Shown: positions 20,972-34,728 of the stretch, piece after piece
How positions within the stretch are numbered: the first letter of the stretch is position 1
Layout: each line of letters starts with the position of its first letter
Source of the DNA: Burkholderiales bacterium
GTDB taxonomy: Bacteria > Pseudomonadota > Gammaproteobacteria > Burkholderiales > SG8-39
Direction of reading: 5' to 3'
DNA length: 64,000 nucleotides
Assembly: GCA_035459025.1 (NCBI GenBank)
Contig: DATHYT010000074.1
Span: 5,378 to 69,377, forward strand
Notes under the pieces: model-generated
What the model saw: only the letters and a program-made list of their open reading frames with translations
Told to the model about the DNA's origin: nothing
The model's database searches: none
Position numbers and translations under genes: made by a program

Positions 20972-21651
20972 AGGCCATGGTCCTCGCGGCGGGCCTGGGC
21001 ACGCGCCTGCGGCCCCTCACCGACGCGGTGCCCAAGGCGCTGGTCGAGGCCGGCGGCAAGCCGCTCATCGCCTGGCAGCTCGAGCGCCTGGCGCGCGCGG
21101 GCTTTCGCGAGGTGGTGATCAACGTGAGCTGGCTCGGCGAGCGCATCGAGGCGCGCCTGGGCGACGGCCGCGCGTTCGGCCTCGCCCTCGCTTATTCGCG
21201 CGAGGCCGAGCCGCTCGAATCGGCGGGCGGCATCGCGCAGGCGCGCGAACTCCTCGGCCCGGCACCCTTCGCGCTGGTGAACAGCGATGTCTTCTGCGAC
21301 TTCGACCTGGCGGCGCTTCGCCGCCGCGCGCTCGGCGCGCACCTCGCCCACCTGGTGCTGACGCCCAATCCGCCGCACCATCCCGCGGGCGACTTCTCGC
21401 TCGAGGCGGGCGCGGCGGGAAACGCCGCCGCCCCGCGCTACACTTACACGGGTATCGCGCTCATCGACCCGGCGCTCGTTGCGCCGGTGCGCTCGGGCGA
21501 GCGGGCGCAGCTCGCGCCACTGCTGCGTGCGGCCGCTGCGGCGGGACGGCTCTCGGGCGAGCTGCACGCCGGCGCGTGGCACGACGTCGGCACGGCCGAG
21601 CGCCTGGCCGAGCTCGAGGCGCGGCTCGCCGAAACCGGGGAAAGGACATGA
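20968..21651 (+). CDS. murU: Sugar-1-phosphate nucleotidylyltransferase, likely MurNAc-alpha-1-P uridylyltransferase MurU
   Basis: MKAMVLAAGLGTRLRPLTDAVPKALV nucleotidyltransferase signature. ATGA overlap with the amgK-like stop. Confidence 0.72.
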   Translation: MKAMVLAAGLGTRLRPLTDAVPKALVEAGGKPLIAWQLERLARAGFREVVINVSWLGERIEARLGDGRAFGLALAYSREAEPLESAGGIAQARELLGPAPFALVNSDVFCDFDLAALRRRALGAHLAHLVLTPNPPHHPAGDFSLEAGAAGNAAAPRYTYTGIALIDPALVAPVRSGERAQLAPLLRAAAAAGRLSGELHAGAWHDVGTAERLAELEARLAETGERT

Positions 21652-22976
21652 AGGCGAACGATCTCAAAGCGGATGTCGCGGTGCACGCCGAGCGCCGGCG
21701 ACGCCTTGCCGCGGCCCTCGGCGAGGGCGTCGCCGTGATCCCGACCGCGCCGGAGCGCGCGCGCAACCGCGACTCGCACTACCCCTACCGCCACGACAGC
21801 TACTTTTACTACCTCACCGGCTTCCAGGAGCCCGAGGCGGTGCTGGTGCTCGCCGGCGGCGCCGAACCGCGCGCCCTGCTCTATTGCCGCGAGAAGAACC
21901 CCGAGCGCGAGACCTGGGACGGCTTTCGCCACGGGCCCGAGAACGCGCGCGAGCGCTACGGCTTCGACGAGGCGCACCCCGTCGCCGCGCTCGACGAGGC
22001 GATGCCGGCACTGCTCGCCGACCGTTCCGCGCTGTGGTATCCGGTAGGCGCCGACGCCGAGTGGGACGCGCGCGCCATGCGCTGGCTGAACGCCGTGCGC
22101 GCCAAGGCCCGCGCGGGCGTCGCCGCGCCGCAGACGCTGCACGACGTGCGCGCGCCGCTCGACGAAATGCGCCTGGTAAAGGACGCGCACGAGCTCGCCG
22201 TGATGCGCCGCGCGGCGGCGATCTCCGCGGCAGCGCACCGCCGCGCCATGCTCGCCGCGCGCCCGGGGCGCCGCGAGTACGAAGTCGAAGCCGAGCTGCT
22301 GCACGAGTTCCGGGTGAACGGCGCGCAGTTTCCGGCCTATACGCCAATCGTCGCCGGAGGCGCCAACGCCTGCGTGCTGCACTACGTGCAGAACGACGCG
22401 GCGCTCGCCGACGGGACGCTCCTGCTCATCGACGCCGGCTGCGAGCTCGAGGGCTACGCCGCCGACATCACGCGCACCTTCCCGGTCAACGGGCGCTTCA
22501 GCGGCGCACAGCGCGAGGTCTACGAGATCGTGCTCGCGGCGCAGCGCGCGGCGATGGGCAAGGTGCGCGCGGGCAATGCCTGGAACGAGCCGCACGACGC
22601 CGCGGTGCGCGTGCTGGCGCAGGGCATGCTCGACCTGAAGCTGCTGGCCGGCAGCCTGGACGAAGCGCTGGAGAAGGAGACCTACAAGCGCTTCTACATG
22701 CACCGCACGGGGCACTGGCTGGGCATGGATGTGCACGACGCGGGCGAATACAAGCGTGCGGGCGCGTGGCGCAGGCTCGAGCCCGGCATGACGCTCACCG
22801 TGGAGCCGGGGCTGTACATCCGCGCCGCGGACGACGTGCCCGAGCGCCTGCGCGACATCGGCGTGAGGATCGAGGACGACGTACACGTCACCGCGGCCGA
22901 GTGCGAGGTGCTGACCGCCGCGGCGCCCAAGGCGATGGCCGAGATCGAGGCGCTGATCCGTGACGGCCGGCGCTGA
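21648..22976 (+). CDS. pepP: Xaa-Pro aminopeptidase
   Basis: AMP_N domain (YRHDSYFYYLTGFQEPEAVLVL) and M24 metal ligands (DAGCELEGYAADITRT, HRTGHWLGMDVHD, TVEPG, RIEDD). Confidence 0.9.
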   Translation: MKANDLKADVAVHAERRRRLAAALGEGVAVIPTAPERARNRDSHYPYRHDSYFYYLTGFQEPEAVLVLAGGAEPRALLYCREKNPERETWDGFRHGPENARERYGFDEAHPVAALDEAMPALLADRSALWYPVGADAEWDARAMRWLNAVRAKARAGVAAPQTLHDVRAPLDEMRLVKDAHELAVMRRAAAISAAAHRRAMLAARPGRREYEVEAELLHEFRVNGAQFPAYTPIVAGGANACVLHYVQNDAALADGTLLLIDAGCELEGYAADITRTFPVNGRFSGAQREVYEIVLAAQRAAMGKVRAGNAWNEPHDAAVRVLAQGMLDLKLLAGSLDEALEKETYKRFYMHRTGHWLGMDVHDAGEYKRAGAWRRLEPGMTLTVEPGLYIRAADDVPERLRDIGVRIEDDVHVTAAECEVLTAAAPKAMAEIEALIRDGRR

Positions 22977-24009
22977 CATTCTCGTTCGCGGGGCGGGCCC
23001 GGTCGGCTGCACCCTGGCGCTGGCGCTGCGCGGATCGCGCCACGCCGTGCGCCTCGTCGACCCGCAGCCCGCCGTCCGCGCGGCCTTTCGCCCCATCGCG
23101 CTGTCGCACGCCAGCCGGCTGATCCTGGAGCGCGCCGGTGTCTGGGGCGACTTTCCCGTGACGCCGATCATGAGCATCCGCGTCTCGCAGGCGGGCGCCT
23201 TCGGCCGCACGCGCATGGACGCGGCCGACGCCGGCGTGCCCGCGCTCGGCTACGTCACGCAGTACGCCGAGCTGCTCGCCGCGCTGCGCGCGCGCCTCGC
23301 CATCGACGCCGACGACGGGACTGCGGCGCGCTGCACGGTGCATGCCGAAGGGACGGCCGCGGACCTGCGGGAGCGGCGCTACGCGCACGACGCGGTGGTG
23401 GCGCGCGTCGCGGCCGAGCCCGCGCCCCGCGCCGAGGCCTTCGAGCGCTTTACCGCCGAGGGACCGCTCGCGTTGCTGCCGCTCGCCGGGTCCTGGGCGC
23501 TCATCTGGAGCGCGCGTGCGCAGCGTGCGGCCGCCCTCGCGGCTGCCGCGCCGCAGGAATTCCTCGCGCTGCTGCAGGCGGCGTGCGGCGAGCGTGCCGG
23601 GCGCTTCACCGCGGTGCACGAGCGCGCGCAGGTACCCCTCGCGCTGCGCGTGCGCGCGTCCCGGGTCAAGGGCCGTGAGGTCTACATCGGCAACGCGGCG
23701 CAAACGCTGCATCCCGTGGCGGGCCAGGGCCTGAACCTCGGCCTGCGCGACGCCTGGGATCTGGCGCAGGCCTTGCATGAAGCCGAGGACGCGGGCGACC
23801 CGGGCGTGCTCGCGCGCTTTGCGGCGCTGCGCCGCGTCGACGCCGGGGCGACGATCGGCGCCACCGAGTTCCTGGCGCGCGCCTTTCTCGGCGCGCATCC
23901 GCTCGCGCGCGCCGCGCGCGGCCTCGCGCTGACGAGTCTTGACATCCTGCCGCCCGCGCGGCGCTTTTTTGCGCGGCGCATGATCTTCGGGCCTTCCGCG
24001 CTGCCCTGA
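22960..24009 (+). CDS. ubiH: FAD-dependent monooxygenase, UbiH-like (short, 349 aa)
   Basis: VRGAGPVGCTLAL dinucleotide fold and GNAAQTLHPVAGQGLNLGLRD motif. pepP-ubiH adjacency matches E. coli-type synteny. The protein is shorter than typical family members. Confidence 0.68.
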   Translation: MTAGADILVRGAGPVGCTLALALRGSRHAVRLVDPQPAVRAAFRPIALSHASRLILERAGVWGDFPVTPIMSIRVSQAGAFGRTRMDAADAGVPALGYVTQYAELLAALRARLAIDADDGTAARCTVHAEGTAADLRERRYAHDAVVARVAAEPAPRAEAFERFTAEGPLALLPLAGSWALIWSARAQRAAALAAAAPQEFLALLQAACGERAGRFTAVHERAQVPLALRVRASRVKGREVYIGNAAQTLHPVAGQGLNLGLRDAWDLAQALHEAEDAGDPGVLARFAALRRVDAGATIGATEFLARAFLGAHPLARAARGLALTSLDILPPARRFFARRMIFGPSALP

Positions 24010-24058
24010 ACTTTTATAGAATTTTGTTTCCCTTCGCGATCGGAACCCTGAACGTCCT

Positions 24059-25027
24059 ATGCAGCTCGGCGCGCACGTCCTGCGCAATGCGTTGTTCGCT
24101 GCCCCGATGGCGGGGGTCACCGACCGGCCGTTCCGCATCCTCGCGCGCCGCTACGGCGCGGGCCTAGCGACCTCGGAGATGGTGTCCTCGCGCCCCGAGC
24201 TGCGCGGCTCGCGGAAGTCACGGCTGCGCGTGGATCACGCCGGCGAGCCGGGCCCGGTGTCGGTGCAGATCGCCGGCGCCGAGCCGGCGATGATGGCCGC
24301 GGCCGCGGTCTACAACGTCGAGCGCGGCGCACAGATCATCGACATCAACATGGGCTGCCCGGCGAAGAAGGTCTGCAACGTGTACGCCGGCTCGGCGCTG
24401 CTCGAGGACGAGGCGCTGGTGGCGCGCATCCTGGAGGCGGTGGTCGCGGCCGTCGACGTGCCGGTGACGCTGAAGATCCGCACCGGCCCCGCGCCCGTGC
24501 GGCGCAACGCCGTGCGCATCGCGAAGATCGCCGAGGACTGCGGCGTGCAGTTGCTCGCCGTCCACGGCCGTACGCGCGCCTGCGGCTTCGCCGGGCACGC
24601 CGAGTACGACACCATCGGCGAGGTGAAGGCAAGCGTGAAGCTGCCGGTGATCGCCAACGGCGACATCGAGACCCCGCAACAGGCGCACGCCGTGCTCGAG
24701 CGCACGGGCGCCGACGGCTTGATGATCGGCCGCGCCGCCTTCGGCCGGCCCTGGATCTTCCGCGAGATCGAGCACTTCCTCGCCACCGGCGCGACGCTCG
24801 CGCCCCCGGGGCCCGCGGAAATCGAGGCCGTGGTGCGCGAGCACCTCGAGGGCCTGTACGGCCTCTACGGCGAAGAGCAGGGACTGCGCGTGGCGCGCAA
24901 GCACCTTGGCTGGTATACGAAGGCGCTGCCCGAGGGCGAGCGCTTCCGCCAGGCGGTGGTGCGCCTGCAAGCCGCGGCGACGCAGCGCGCGGCGGTGAAC
25001 GACTATTTCGCGAGGCTTGCCGCATGA
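24059..25027 (+). CDS. dusB: tRNA-dihydrouridine synthase B
   Basis: [29 protein letters not shown] motifs. Followed by fis. Confidence 0.92.
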   Translation: MQLGAHVLRNALFAAPMAGVTDRPFRILARRYGAGLATSEMVSSRPELRGSRKSRLRVDHAGEPGPVSVQIAGAEPAMMAAAAVYNVERGAQIIDINMGCPAKKVCNVYAGSALLEDEALVARILEAVVAAVDVPVTLKIRTGPAPVRRNAVRIAKIAEDCGVQLLAVHGRTRACGFAGHAEYDTIGEVKASVKLPVIANGDIETPQQAHAVLERTGADGLMIGRAAFGRPWIFREIEHFLATGATLAPPGPAEIEAVVREHLEGLYGLYGEEQGLRVARKHLGWYTKALPEGERFRQAVVRLQAAATQRAAVNDYFARLAA

Positions 25028-25263
25028 GCCGCGGCAGCGAGCTCGGCGATGCCGTCAGGCGCTCTCTCGAGCGCTACTTCAAGGACATGGACGGCGAGCA
25101 TCCCACCGCGATCTACGACATGGTGCTCAAGCACGTGGAGAAGCCGATGATCGAGCTGGTGCTCGGCCGGGCCGAGGGCAACCAGTCGCGCGCCGCCGCG
25201 ATGCTCGGCATCGACCGCAACACGCTGCGCAAGAAGATGCAGCAGCTGCGCATCAAAGGGTGA
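25024..25263 (+). CDS. fis: DNA-binding nucleoid protein Fis
   Basis: 79 aa. C-terminal [31 protein letters not shown] overlap with dusB. Confidence 0.92.
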   Translation: MSRGSELGDAVRRSLERYFKDMDGEHPTAIYDMVLKHVEKPMIELVLGRAEGNQSRAAAMLGIDRNTLRKKMQQLRIKG

Positions 25264-26819
25264 GCAAGCTCAAGCGGGCGCTGATCAGCGTCTCGGACAA
25301 GTCGGGGATCGCGGAGTTCGCGCGCGCGCTCGCGGGCCTGGGCGTCGAGATCCTGTCCACCGGCGGCACGGCGAAGCTCCTGGAGAAGGCGGGCGTGGCG
25401 GCCACCGAGGTCTCGGCGCACACCGGCTTTCCCGAGATGCTCGACGGGCGCGTGAAGACGCTGCACCCGAAGATCCACGGCGGCATCCTGGCGCGGCGCG
25501 ACAGCGCCGCGCACGTGGCGGCGATCGAGCAGGCGGGCATCGCGCCCATCGACCTCGTGGTCGTCAACCTGTATCCGTTCCAGGCCACGGTCGCCGATCC
25601 GGACAGCCGGCTCGAGGACGCCATCGAGAACATCGACATCGGCGGGCCCGCGATGCTGCGCTCGGCGGCCAAGAACCACGCCGGCGTCGCCGTGGTGGTG
25701 GATCCCGCCGACTACGCGCGGGTGCTGGAGGAGCTGCGCGCCACCGGCGAGGTCTCGGCGCCGACGCGCTTCGCGCTCGCCACCAAGGCCTTCGCCCACA
25801 CCGCCGCCTACGACGGCGCGATCGCCAACTACCTCTCCTCGCTCGACGCGAAAGGTGCACGCGGTGCGTTTCCCGGGGTGCTGTCGCTGCAGTTCGCGAA
25901 GCTGCAGGACATGCGCTACGGCGAGAACCCGCACCAGGCCGCGGCGTTCTACCGCGACACGGCGCCGCAGCCCGGCGGCATCGCCGGTTACCGGCAGCTG
26001 CAGGGCAAGGCGCTGTCCTACAACAACGTCGCCGACGCCGACGCCGCCTGGGAGTGCGTGAAGAGCTTCGGCGAGCCCGCTTGCGTCATCGTCAAGCACG
26101 CCAACCCCTGCGGCGTGGCGATCGCCAGGAGCGCGCTCGAGGCCTACCGCAAGGCGTTCAAGACCGACCCGACCTCGGCTTTCGGCGGCATCATCGCCTT
26201 CAACCGCGCGCTGGACGCTGCGGCCGCCGCGCAGATCGGCAGGCAGTTTGCGGAAGTGATCATCGCGCCGCGCGTCGACGCCGCGGCGCGCGCCGCGTTC
26301 GCAGGCAAGGCCAATCTGCGCGTGCTGGAAGTTCCGCTCGCGCGTGCGCCCAATGCACTGGATCTCAAGCGCGTGGGCGGCGGGCTGCTGGTGCAAAGCG
26401 CCGACGCGCACGAGCTTGCGGCCGGCGACCTGAAGGTGGTGACCAGGCGAAAGCCCGGCAAGGCACAGCTCGCCGATCTGCTGTTCGCCTGGCGCGTGGC
26501 GAAGTTCGTGAAGTCCAATGCCATCGTTTTCGTCAGGGGCGGCATGACGGTGGGCGTCGGCGCGGGCCAGATGAGCCGCATCGACAGCGCGCGCATCGCC
26601 GCGATCAAGGCGAAGGCGGCCGGGCTGACGCTGAAGGGCTCGGTTGCCGCCTCGGACGCCTTCTTTCCGTTCCGCGACGGCCTCGACGCGGTGGCCAAGG
26701 CGGGCGCCGTCGCGGTGATCCAGCCCGGCGGCAGCGTGCGCGACGACGAGGTGATCGCCGCGGCCGACGCGCGCAAGGTGGCCATGGTGTTCACCGGCGT
26801 GCGCCACTTCCGCCACTGA
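25260..26819 (+). CDS. purH: Bifunctional AICAR transformylase / IMP cyclohydrolase
   Basis: Internal GTG overlapping the fis stop. [11 protein letters not shown] (MGS domain), [12 protein letters not shown] and C-terminal [14 protein letters not shown]...[11 protein letters not shown]. Confidence 0.95.
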   Translation: MSKLKRALISVSDKSGIAEFARALAGLGVEILSTGGTAKLLEKAGVAATEVSAHTGFPEMLDGRVKTLHPKIHGGILARRDSAAHVAAIEQAGIAPIDLVVVNLYPFQATVADPDSRLEDAIENIDIGGPAMLRSAAKNHAGVAVVVDPADYARVLEELRATGEVSAPTRFALATKAFAHTAAYDGAIANYLSSLDAKGARGAFPGVLSLQFAKLQDMRYGENPHQAAAFYRDTAPQPGGIAGYRQLQGKALSYNNVADADAAWECVKSFGEPACVIVKHANPCGVAIARSALEAYRKAFKTDPTSAFGGIIAFNRALDAAAAAQIGRQFAEVIIAPRVDAAARAAFAGKANLRVLEVPLARAPNALDLKRVGGGLLVQSADAHELAAGDLKVVTRRKPGKAQLADLLFAWRVAKFVKSNAIVFVRGGMTVGVGAGQMSRIDSARIAAIKAKAAGLTLKGSVAASDAFFPFRDGLDAVAKAGAVAVIQPGGSVRDDEVIAAADARKVAMVFTGVRHFRH

Positions 26820-30168
<3,349 letters not shown>

Positions 30169-30172
<4 letters not shown>

Positions 30173-31254
30173 CCCGCGGCGCGGTCGCGGCGCGCCTTGA
30201 AATTGCGCACCGCGTCGAGGCTGTCGGTGATCGACGGCGGCTCGAAGCTGATCGGCGAGCCCTGCAGCTGCTCGAGCTGCGCGAGCGCCTCCTGCGTGGA
30301 CCGCGCGCGCGCATCGTAGTAACGCAGCAGCCAGCGCCGGGCTGCGCCCACGTCCTGCTCGAAGCCCGCTTGGTTGCGCGAGAGCAGCGCAAGGCGCGCA
30401 TTGAGCAGCCTCAGGCGCAGGTTCTCGCGCAGGAAATAGGCCTGCTCGGGCGGCAGCAGCGGCGGCTGCGGCGCATCCACGCGCCGCACGATCACCAGCT
30501 CCTTCAGGTCGCGCCACAGCCCGGCGCCGAACTGCGCCATGAAGCCCGCGCCCGAGGCCGCGGGCGCGGCTGCCGGCGGCGCCTCGCGCTCGAGCCGGCC
30601 GTCATAGGCGAGCGGCAGAGTATCGATCGTCTCGACCACGCCATCGAGGCGCTGCGCCATGCCGGCGATATCGGCCCGCGGCAGCGACTTCAGGCGCTCG
30701 ATGTCGCGCGCGAGCGCCCGGCGCACCGGCTGGAACTGCGGACGGTCGGCGCGCGCCAGGCGGCTCTCGGCGAGCTGCAGCGCGAGCAGCCCCGCGCGCA
30801 CGTTGCCCGAAAGCTGCAGCTGCTGCTGCGCGATGGCGAGCACCTGCTCTATCTCGGCGAGCTGCCACTCGTCGCGGTTGCGCGAAAGCTCCTGATACAG
30901 CGTCTCCAGGGCCACCTGCTGGCTCTGCGCGTCGGCAAGGCGCGCTTCGAGCGCGCCGAGCTTGCCCTGCATCTCGCGTGCCGACTCCTGCGCCTCGCGC
31001 GCCCCGGCGCGCGCCTCGCGCGCATCCTCGTCGATGCCCTTCAGGCGCCGCGCCAGCTCTTCCTGCGTGGCGGCAATCCGCTGGCGCGAGTCGTAATACA
31101 CCCAGCCCGACGCGCCGAGCGCGGCGACGATCAGCACGCCCGCCAGCACGCGCCAGCCGATGCCGCCGCCGGCGTGCTTCTCCGGCGCCGCGCGCGCCGG
31201 CTCGGGCGGTGCCGGCGGCTGTTCCGGCGCCGCGGTCTGCTCGTTCGTCTCCAT
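30169..31254 (-). CDS. hemX: HemX-like membrane protein (often mis-annotated as uroporphyrinogen-III C-methyltransferase)
   Basis: 361 aa with a Pro/Ala-rich N-terminus, a single TM and a long coiled-coil. Located between hemD and hemY. Confidence 0.75.
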
Positions 31255-31263
31255 ACAGGTCTT

Positions 31264-32007
31264 TTACTTCGCGCCGCCGAAGTATGCAAGCAGGCGCGCC
31301 AGCATCTGCGCGTCGCCCGGACCGGCGACCTCGACCGCAGCAAAGCCCATGTCGCGCGCCAGCCGCGCCACGCGCTCGTGCGGCACGAACAGCGGCGTCG
31401 CCCGCAACCGCGTCAGCCCGAGCAGCGCGGCGAGGTTCTCCAGCGTCTCACCCGAGTTCGCGCACACCGCATCGAGCGTTGCCGTGGGCGCCGCCGACGG
31501 TGCCGGGCGCGCGCGCCGGTAGCACTCGACGGTGTCGACGCGCGCGCCGCGCGCCGCGAGCGCGGCACCGAGCAGCTCGCGCCCGCCAGCACCGCGCAGG
31601 ATCAGCACGCGCGCGCCCGTCACCTGCTGCAGCGGTGCCAGCGCGAGCAGCGCCTCGCTGTCGGCGCCGTCTTCCGGCGCGACGACGTCACCCACGCCGC
31701 GCGCCTCGAGCTCGCGGCGCGTGCCGGCGCCGAGCGCGGCCGCGCGCACGCGCGCCGGCCACGGCCGCCCGAGCAGCTCGAGCGCCTTGCGCACCGCGCT
31801 CGGGCTGACGAAGACGGCCAGATCGAATTCCTCGATGCGCGCGAGCGCCGCGCGTGCCGCGCCCGCGTCCTCGGGATCGCGGATCTCGATCGCCGGGTAG
31901 AGCACCGGCTCGCCGCCCGCCTCGGCGATGAGCGCGGCGAGTCCCTGCGCCAGCTCGCGCGGGCGCGTCACCAGGATGCGCCGGCCCGCGAGCGCGCTCA
32001 CCTTCAC
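31264..32007 (-). CDS. hemD: Uroporphyrinogen-III synthase
   Basis: 247 aa. RILVTRP...FVSPSAV...GAGTRREL pattern. 4-nt overlap with hemC. Confidence 0.85.
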   Translation of the reverse strand: MKVSALAGRRILVTRPRELAQGLAALIAEAGGEPVLYPAIEIRDPEDAGAARAALARIEEFDLAVFVSPSAVRKALELLGRPWPARVRAAALGAGTRRELEARGVGDVVAPEDGADSEALLALAPLQQVTGARVLILRGAGGRELLGAALAARGARVDTVECYRRARPAPSAAPTATLDAVCANSGETLENLAALLGLTRLRATPLFVPHERVARLARDMGFAAVEVAGPGDAQMLARLLAYFGGAK

Positions 32008-32927
32008 TTAGCCAGCGCCGCCAGGATCTCGTCGGCGCCCTGCGCGCGCAGCACGCTTGCCGCCTGCGCGCCGAGCGCTTCCGGGTCGGCGGCGGCGCCG
32101 GTGCAATCGGCGTACGCGATCCGCGTGCCGTCGGGCGCGGCGACCAGCGCGCGCAGGCGCAGCCGCGCCCCGGCGAGCTCGGCATAAGCGCCCAGCGGAA
32201 TGGTGCAGCTGCCGCCGAGCGCGAGGCTCACCGCGCGCTCGGCGCGCACGCAGGCGGCGCTCGCGGCGTGCGCGAGCGGCGCGAGCAGCGCCGCGACGTC
32301 GGCGCGCGAGGCGAGGCACTCGATGCCGAGCGCCGCCTGCCCCGGCGCGGGCAGGCTCTCGTCGACCGGCAGGCAGCACCGGATGCGCGCTTCGAGCCCG
32401 AGGCGCTTCAGCCCGGCGGCTGCGAGCAGCACGGCGTCGTACTCACCGCGGTCGAGCTTGGCGAGCCGCGTCTCGACGTTGCCGCGAAGCGTCGCGAGCT
32501 CGAGCCGCGGATAGCGCGCGGCGACCTGGGCTGCGCGGCGCAGGCTCGAGGTGCCGACGCGCGCACCGGGCGGCAGCGCCGCGAGCTCCGCGTAAGCGTT
32601 GCTCACCAGTGCGTCGCGCGCATCCTCGCGCTCGAGCGTCGCCGCGAGCACGAAGCCCGCGGGCAGCGCCACGGGCACGTCCTTCATCGAGTGCACCGCG
32701 AGGTCGGCGCGGCCATCGGCGAGTGCCTGCTCGAGCTCCTTCACGAACAGGCCCTTGCCGCCGACCTTGTCGAGGCGCACTTCGAGCAGCTCGTCGCCGC
32801 GCGTCGAGAGCGGCAGCAAGGCCACTTCCAGCCCGCGGTGCTCGGCCTCGAGCCGCGCCTTGACGTGCTCGGCCTGCCACAGCGCCAGCCGGCTGCGGCG
32901 CGTCGCGATCGTGAGTCGCGCGCGCAT
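32004..32927 (-). CDS. hemC: Hydroxymethylbilane synthase (porphobilinogen deaminase)
   Basis: [57 protein letters not shown] motifs. Confidence 0.95.
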   Translation of the reverse strand: MRARLTIATRRSRLALWQAEHVKARLEAEHRGLEVALLPLSTRGDELLEVRLDKVGGKGLFVKELEQALADGRADLAVHSMKDVPVALPAGFVLAATLEREDARDALVSNAYAELAALPPGARVGTSSLRRAAQVAARYPRLELATLRGNVETRLAKLDRGEYDAVLLAAAGLKRLGLEARIRCCLPVDESLPAPGQAALGIECLASRADVAALLAPLAHAASAACVRAERAVSLALGGSCTIPLGAYAELAGARLRLRALVAAPDGTRIAYADCTGAAADPEALGAQAASVLRAQGADEILAALAK

Positions 32928-33680
32928 TCAGCCCTCCTTCGCCAGCACGCGCACCTCGGCCCACTGCCGGCGGCTGACCGGCAGGCGCTCGGGCACGCCC
33001 TCGAGCACCACGTTCCAGCGCGGCTCCTCGCCGCCCTCGGCCGAGCGCTCGAAGCCGCGCACCGCGGCGCGCGCCACCAGGCAGTTGCGGTGCACGCGCA
33101 CCAGCCGCTCGGCGAACTCGCGCTCCAGCGCCACCAGCGACTCCTCGATCAGGTGCTCGCCCGCGCGCGTGCGCAGGGTCACGTACTTGAGCTCGGCGCG
33201 CAGGTAGACGATGTCGCGCACCGGCACGAGGTGGATGCGGTTGCGCTCGGTCACCGACAGGTATTCGCGCGCCTGCCCCGCCGCCTTCGCCAGCCGCTCG
33301 CGCTCCGGGGGCCCGTCCGCGCTCGCCTTTTTCAGCGCCGCCGCGAGGCGCGCGGCGCGCACCGGCTTGAGCAGGTAGTCCAGCGCGTTCAGCTCGAAGG
33401 CCTCCACCGCGTGGCGGTCGTGCGCCGTGACGAACACCACCGCGGGCGCGAGCTCCAGGCCGGAGAGATGGCGCGCCACCTCCAGCCCGCGCATGCCGGG
33501 CATCTCGATGTCGAGCAGCAGCACCTGGGCGCGGCTCGCCGGCAGCTGCGCCACCGCGTCGAGCCCGCTCGCCGCCTCGCCCACCACCTCGGTGGGCAGC
33601 TCGGCGGCGATGTCGGCGAGCAGCTCCTTCAGGCGCTCGCGCGCCGGGGTCTCGTCGTCAGCGATGAATACGCGCAGCAT
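32928..33680 (-). CDS. algR: LytTR-family two-component response regulator (AlgR-like)
   Basis: Internal ATG at 33680. REC domain (MLRVFIADDE...LLLDIEMPG...VVFVTAH) plus a LytTR DNA-binding domain. Its stop abuts the hemC start, as in Pseudomonas algR-hemC. Confidence 0.86.
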   Translation of the reverse strand: MLRVFIADDETPARERLKELLADIAAELPTEVVGEAASGLDAVAQLPASRAQVLLLDIEMPGMRGLEVARHLSGLELAPAVVFVTAHDRHAVEAFELNALDYLLKPVRAARLAAALKKASADGPPERERLAKAAGQAREYLSVTERNRIHLVPVRDIVYLRAELKYVTLRTRAGEHLIEESLVALEREFAERLVRVHRNCLVARAAVRGFERSAEGGEEPRWNVVLEGVPERLPVSRRQWAEVRVLAKEG

Positions 33681-33684
33681 TGCC

Positions 33685-34698
33685 TCAATCCTTTCCCGGG
33701 CGGTACGGCATCGCGATCTCCACCACGTAGCGCTCGCCGGCGACGCGCATGTCGACGCGCGCCTCGATGTCGAAGAATAGCTGCAGCCGCTCGCGGATGT
33801 TCTCGAGCGCCATGCGGTTGCCGGCACGGTGCGCATGCTGCTCGATGTACGGATTCTCGATGCGCGCGAAGACGCGCGTGCCGCGCCGCTCGATGTGCAC
33901 CACGACACGCCCCTCGCCCGCGCCCGGCTCGACGCCGTGGTAGATCGCGTTCTCGAGCAGCGGCTGCAGGATCATCGGCGGCATCAGCGCGTCGCGCGGC
34001 GCGCCTTCCAGCTCCCACACCACCTTCAGCCGCTCGCCCAGGCGCAGCTGCTCGAGGCTCGCGTAGCGCTCGAGCAGCGCGATCTCGTCGCCGAGCGGCA
34101 CGAAGTTGCGGTTGTCCTGCATCAGCACGCGGAACAGGTCCGACAGGTCCTCCAGCGCCTGCTCCGCGCGGCGCGGGTCCCGGCGGATCAGCGACAGCAC
34201 CGCGTTCAGGCTATTGAACAGGAAATGCGGGCGGATGCGCGACTGCAGCGCCTGCAGCCGCGCCTCCGCCAGCGCCGGCGAATAGGCGCGCGTGAGCAGG
34301 CGCAGGTACGCGAGCAGCAGCAGCGCCGCGATCGCCGCGAGCGCGAGCGTGCGCGCAAGGCCCGCCAGCGCGTCGCCCGCCGCCGCGCTCGCCACGTGCA
34401 GCGTGCCGCTGACCGCGAGCGTGAGCGTCACCACCGCGAAGCCGCCCTGCCAGTACGGCAGCCGCGCGAGCGCGGGCGACAGCGCGTAGAGCACGACCAG
34501 CGTCACGGCAAGCGCCGGCTCGAGGCGCGCCGCCACCAGCAGGAAACGCTCGAGCGCCGCGCCCCAGCTCGGCGCCGCCGCGAGCACCGCCGCGAAGGCA
34601 AGCGCGTTGACGCCAAGCAGGATGCGCGCCACCACGCCCAGGTTGCGGAAGTCCGGCAGGGCGTCGCTCGTGAAGTTTTGCTTTATACTCATTGGCAT
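33685..34698 (-). CDS. algZ: LytS/AlgZ(FimS)-type sensor histidine kinase
   Basis: Four or more TM helices, then the His_kinase box [17 protein letters not shown] and the HATPase box [15 protein letters not shown] at 34698 or 34692. Confidence 0.84.
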   Translation of the reverse strand: MPMSIKQNFTSDALPDFRNLGVVARILLGVNALAFAAVLAAAPSWGAALERFLLVAARLEPALAVTLVVLYALSPALARLPYWQGGFAVVTLTLAVSGTLHVASAAAGDALAGLARTLALAAIAALLLLAYLRLLTRAYSPALAEARLQALQSRIRPHFLFNSLNAVLSLIRRDPRRAEQALEDLSDLFRVLMQDNRNFVPLGDEIALLERYASLEQLRLGERLKVVWELEGAPRDALMPPMILQPLLENAIYHGVEPGAGEGRVVVHIERRGTRVFARIENPYIEQHAHRAGNRMALENIRERLQLFFDIEARVDMRVAGERYVVEIAMPYRPGKD

Positions 34699-34728
34699 AG
34701 CGCGGCGCGCCGCGACCAAGTATGCCCC

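Noticed and set aside
24010-24058. An AT-rich stretch (ACTTTTATAGAATTTTGTTTCCC) upstream of dusB, as a promoter or Fis autoregulation site.
   Set aside because: This is plausible, since it is the most AT-rich core intergenic spot. I could not identify a convincing -35/-10 pair or a Fis consensus by eye, so it is not called as a feature.
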